Positions 63,261-64,000 of a DNA stretch of 64,000 nt are shown piece by piece (within the stretch, counting starts at the first letter, position 1; every line of letters begins with the position of its first letter). Position numbers and translations under genes: made by a program. Below the pieces are notes generated by a model. That model was not told the origin of the DNA. It was given only the letters and a program-made list of their open reading frames with translations, and did not search any database. This DNA is from Lama glama (Eukaryota): assembly GCA_028534125.1 (NCBI GenBank), contig CM052817.1, positions 90,460,001 to 90,524,000 on the forward strand, read 5' to 3'.

Positions 63261-64000
63261 TTTTAACTAACATCTGTAGGGAACATTTGTAGGGAACAAA
63301 TATTTGCATGATCTACGGAACAAAGAAAGGGGTATCAGGGTCAGAATATTTCTCTGGATGTTCTTTCAGTTGGCCAGCATCACTGGCATCCCCACAATAG
63401 GTTTTATAGAGATAAATATTCAATATAAGCTGAATATATCTTGTTATCTACAGTTCTTCATGGGCCTAGTCAATCAATTTTCTAACTTGTCAGAATAAAA
63501 TTATTCACTATATTCTCATGATATATGGAAGGTATTTAATAAATATCACTGCAGAAATATAGAAATGTCCATTTTAATATTCTCTTCAGTTTTTCTTGGC
63601 ATAGCCAGGAAACTATTTCATCCCACCTAAAAGTCTGATACCAAGACTAATTTAGGTTATGTTTTGATTAAAATTTAGTCTGCTTTCTTACTTAAGTGAA
63701 CAATATATTTCACTATATTATCCTTTTGTGACATCCACCATTTTGGAAATACATGCTTAAAATATATATTTCACATAAACTAATGTAGGATCCACAGGAA
63801 AAATCTTATACTGCTGACATGAATAAAGCACTCCTTGAATAGTCTCTGTATTAGCTGCTAGGACAACTGAAGTAAAATTTTCAGCCAAGCTATAGCAAAG
63901 TCTATTGGACATTATGAAATATATTTTATGGTTAAAACTATCCCCAGATTTATTTTATTTTTTCTACTTATTTACCTATTCTCCAATTTTATTGCTTTAA

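Overview
This is non-coding mammalian genomic DNA, AT-rich and CpG-depleted, either intronic or intergenic. It is most likely from a camelid (camel/alpaca/llama), judged by a tRNA-derived SINE resembling Vic-1 and by cetartiodactyl-type L1 3' ends. I cannot support any host protein-coding exon, RNA gene, CRISPR array or prokaryotic-type system. The ORF track is spurious except for an L1 ORF1p relic at 23866-24060. The window is a patchwork of transposable elements: 5'-truncated L1s with target-site duplications (TSDs), old L1M 5' regions, MIR, L2, CR1, MLT, hAT and mariner relics, and four well-delimited ERV LTRs, three of them with clear TSDs. Several repeat-free, motif-dense stretches look like enhancers, and there is one good CTCF site. 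The most notable observations are: (1) a young ERVK/betaretrovirus-type LTR with a perfect 6-bp TSD split by a 500-N gap, with the same 26 bp on both sides, which could hide a full provirus; (2) an LTR carrying an inverted copy of its own 5' end; (3) an L1 that jumps from ORF1 directly to its 3' end, with a young solo LTR nested in its 5'UTR. Repeat family names come from my recall of consensus sequences, not from a search, and boundaries of old elements are approximate. I did not find convincing evidence of a new biological system.
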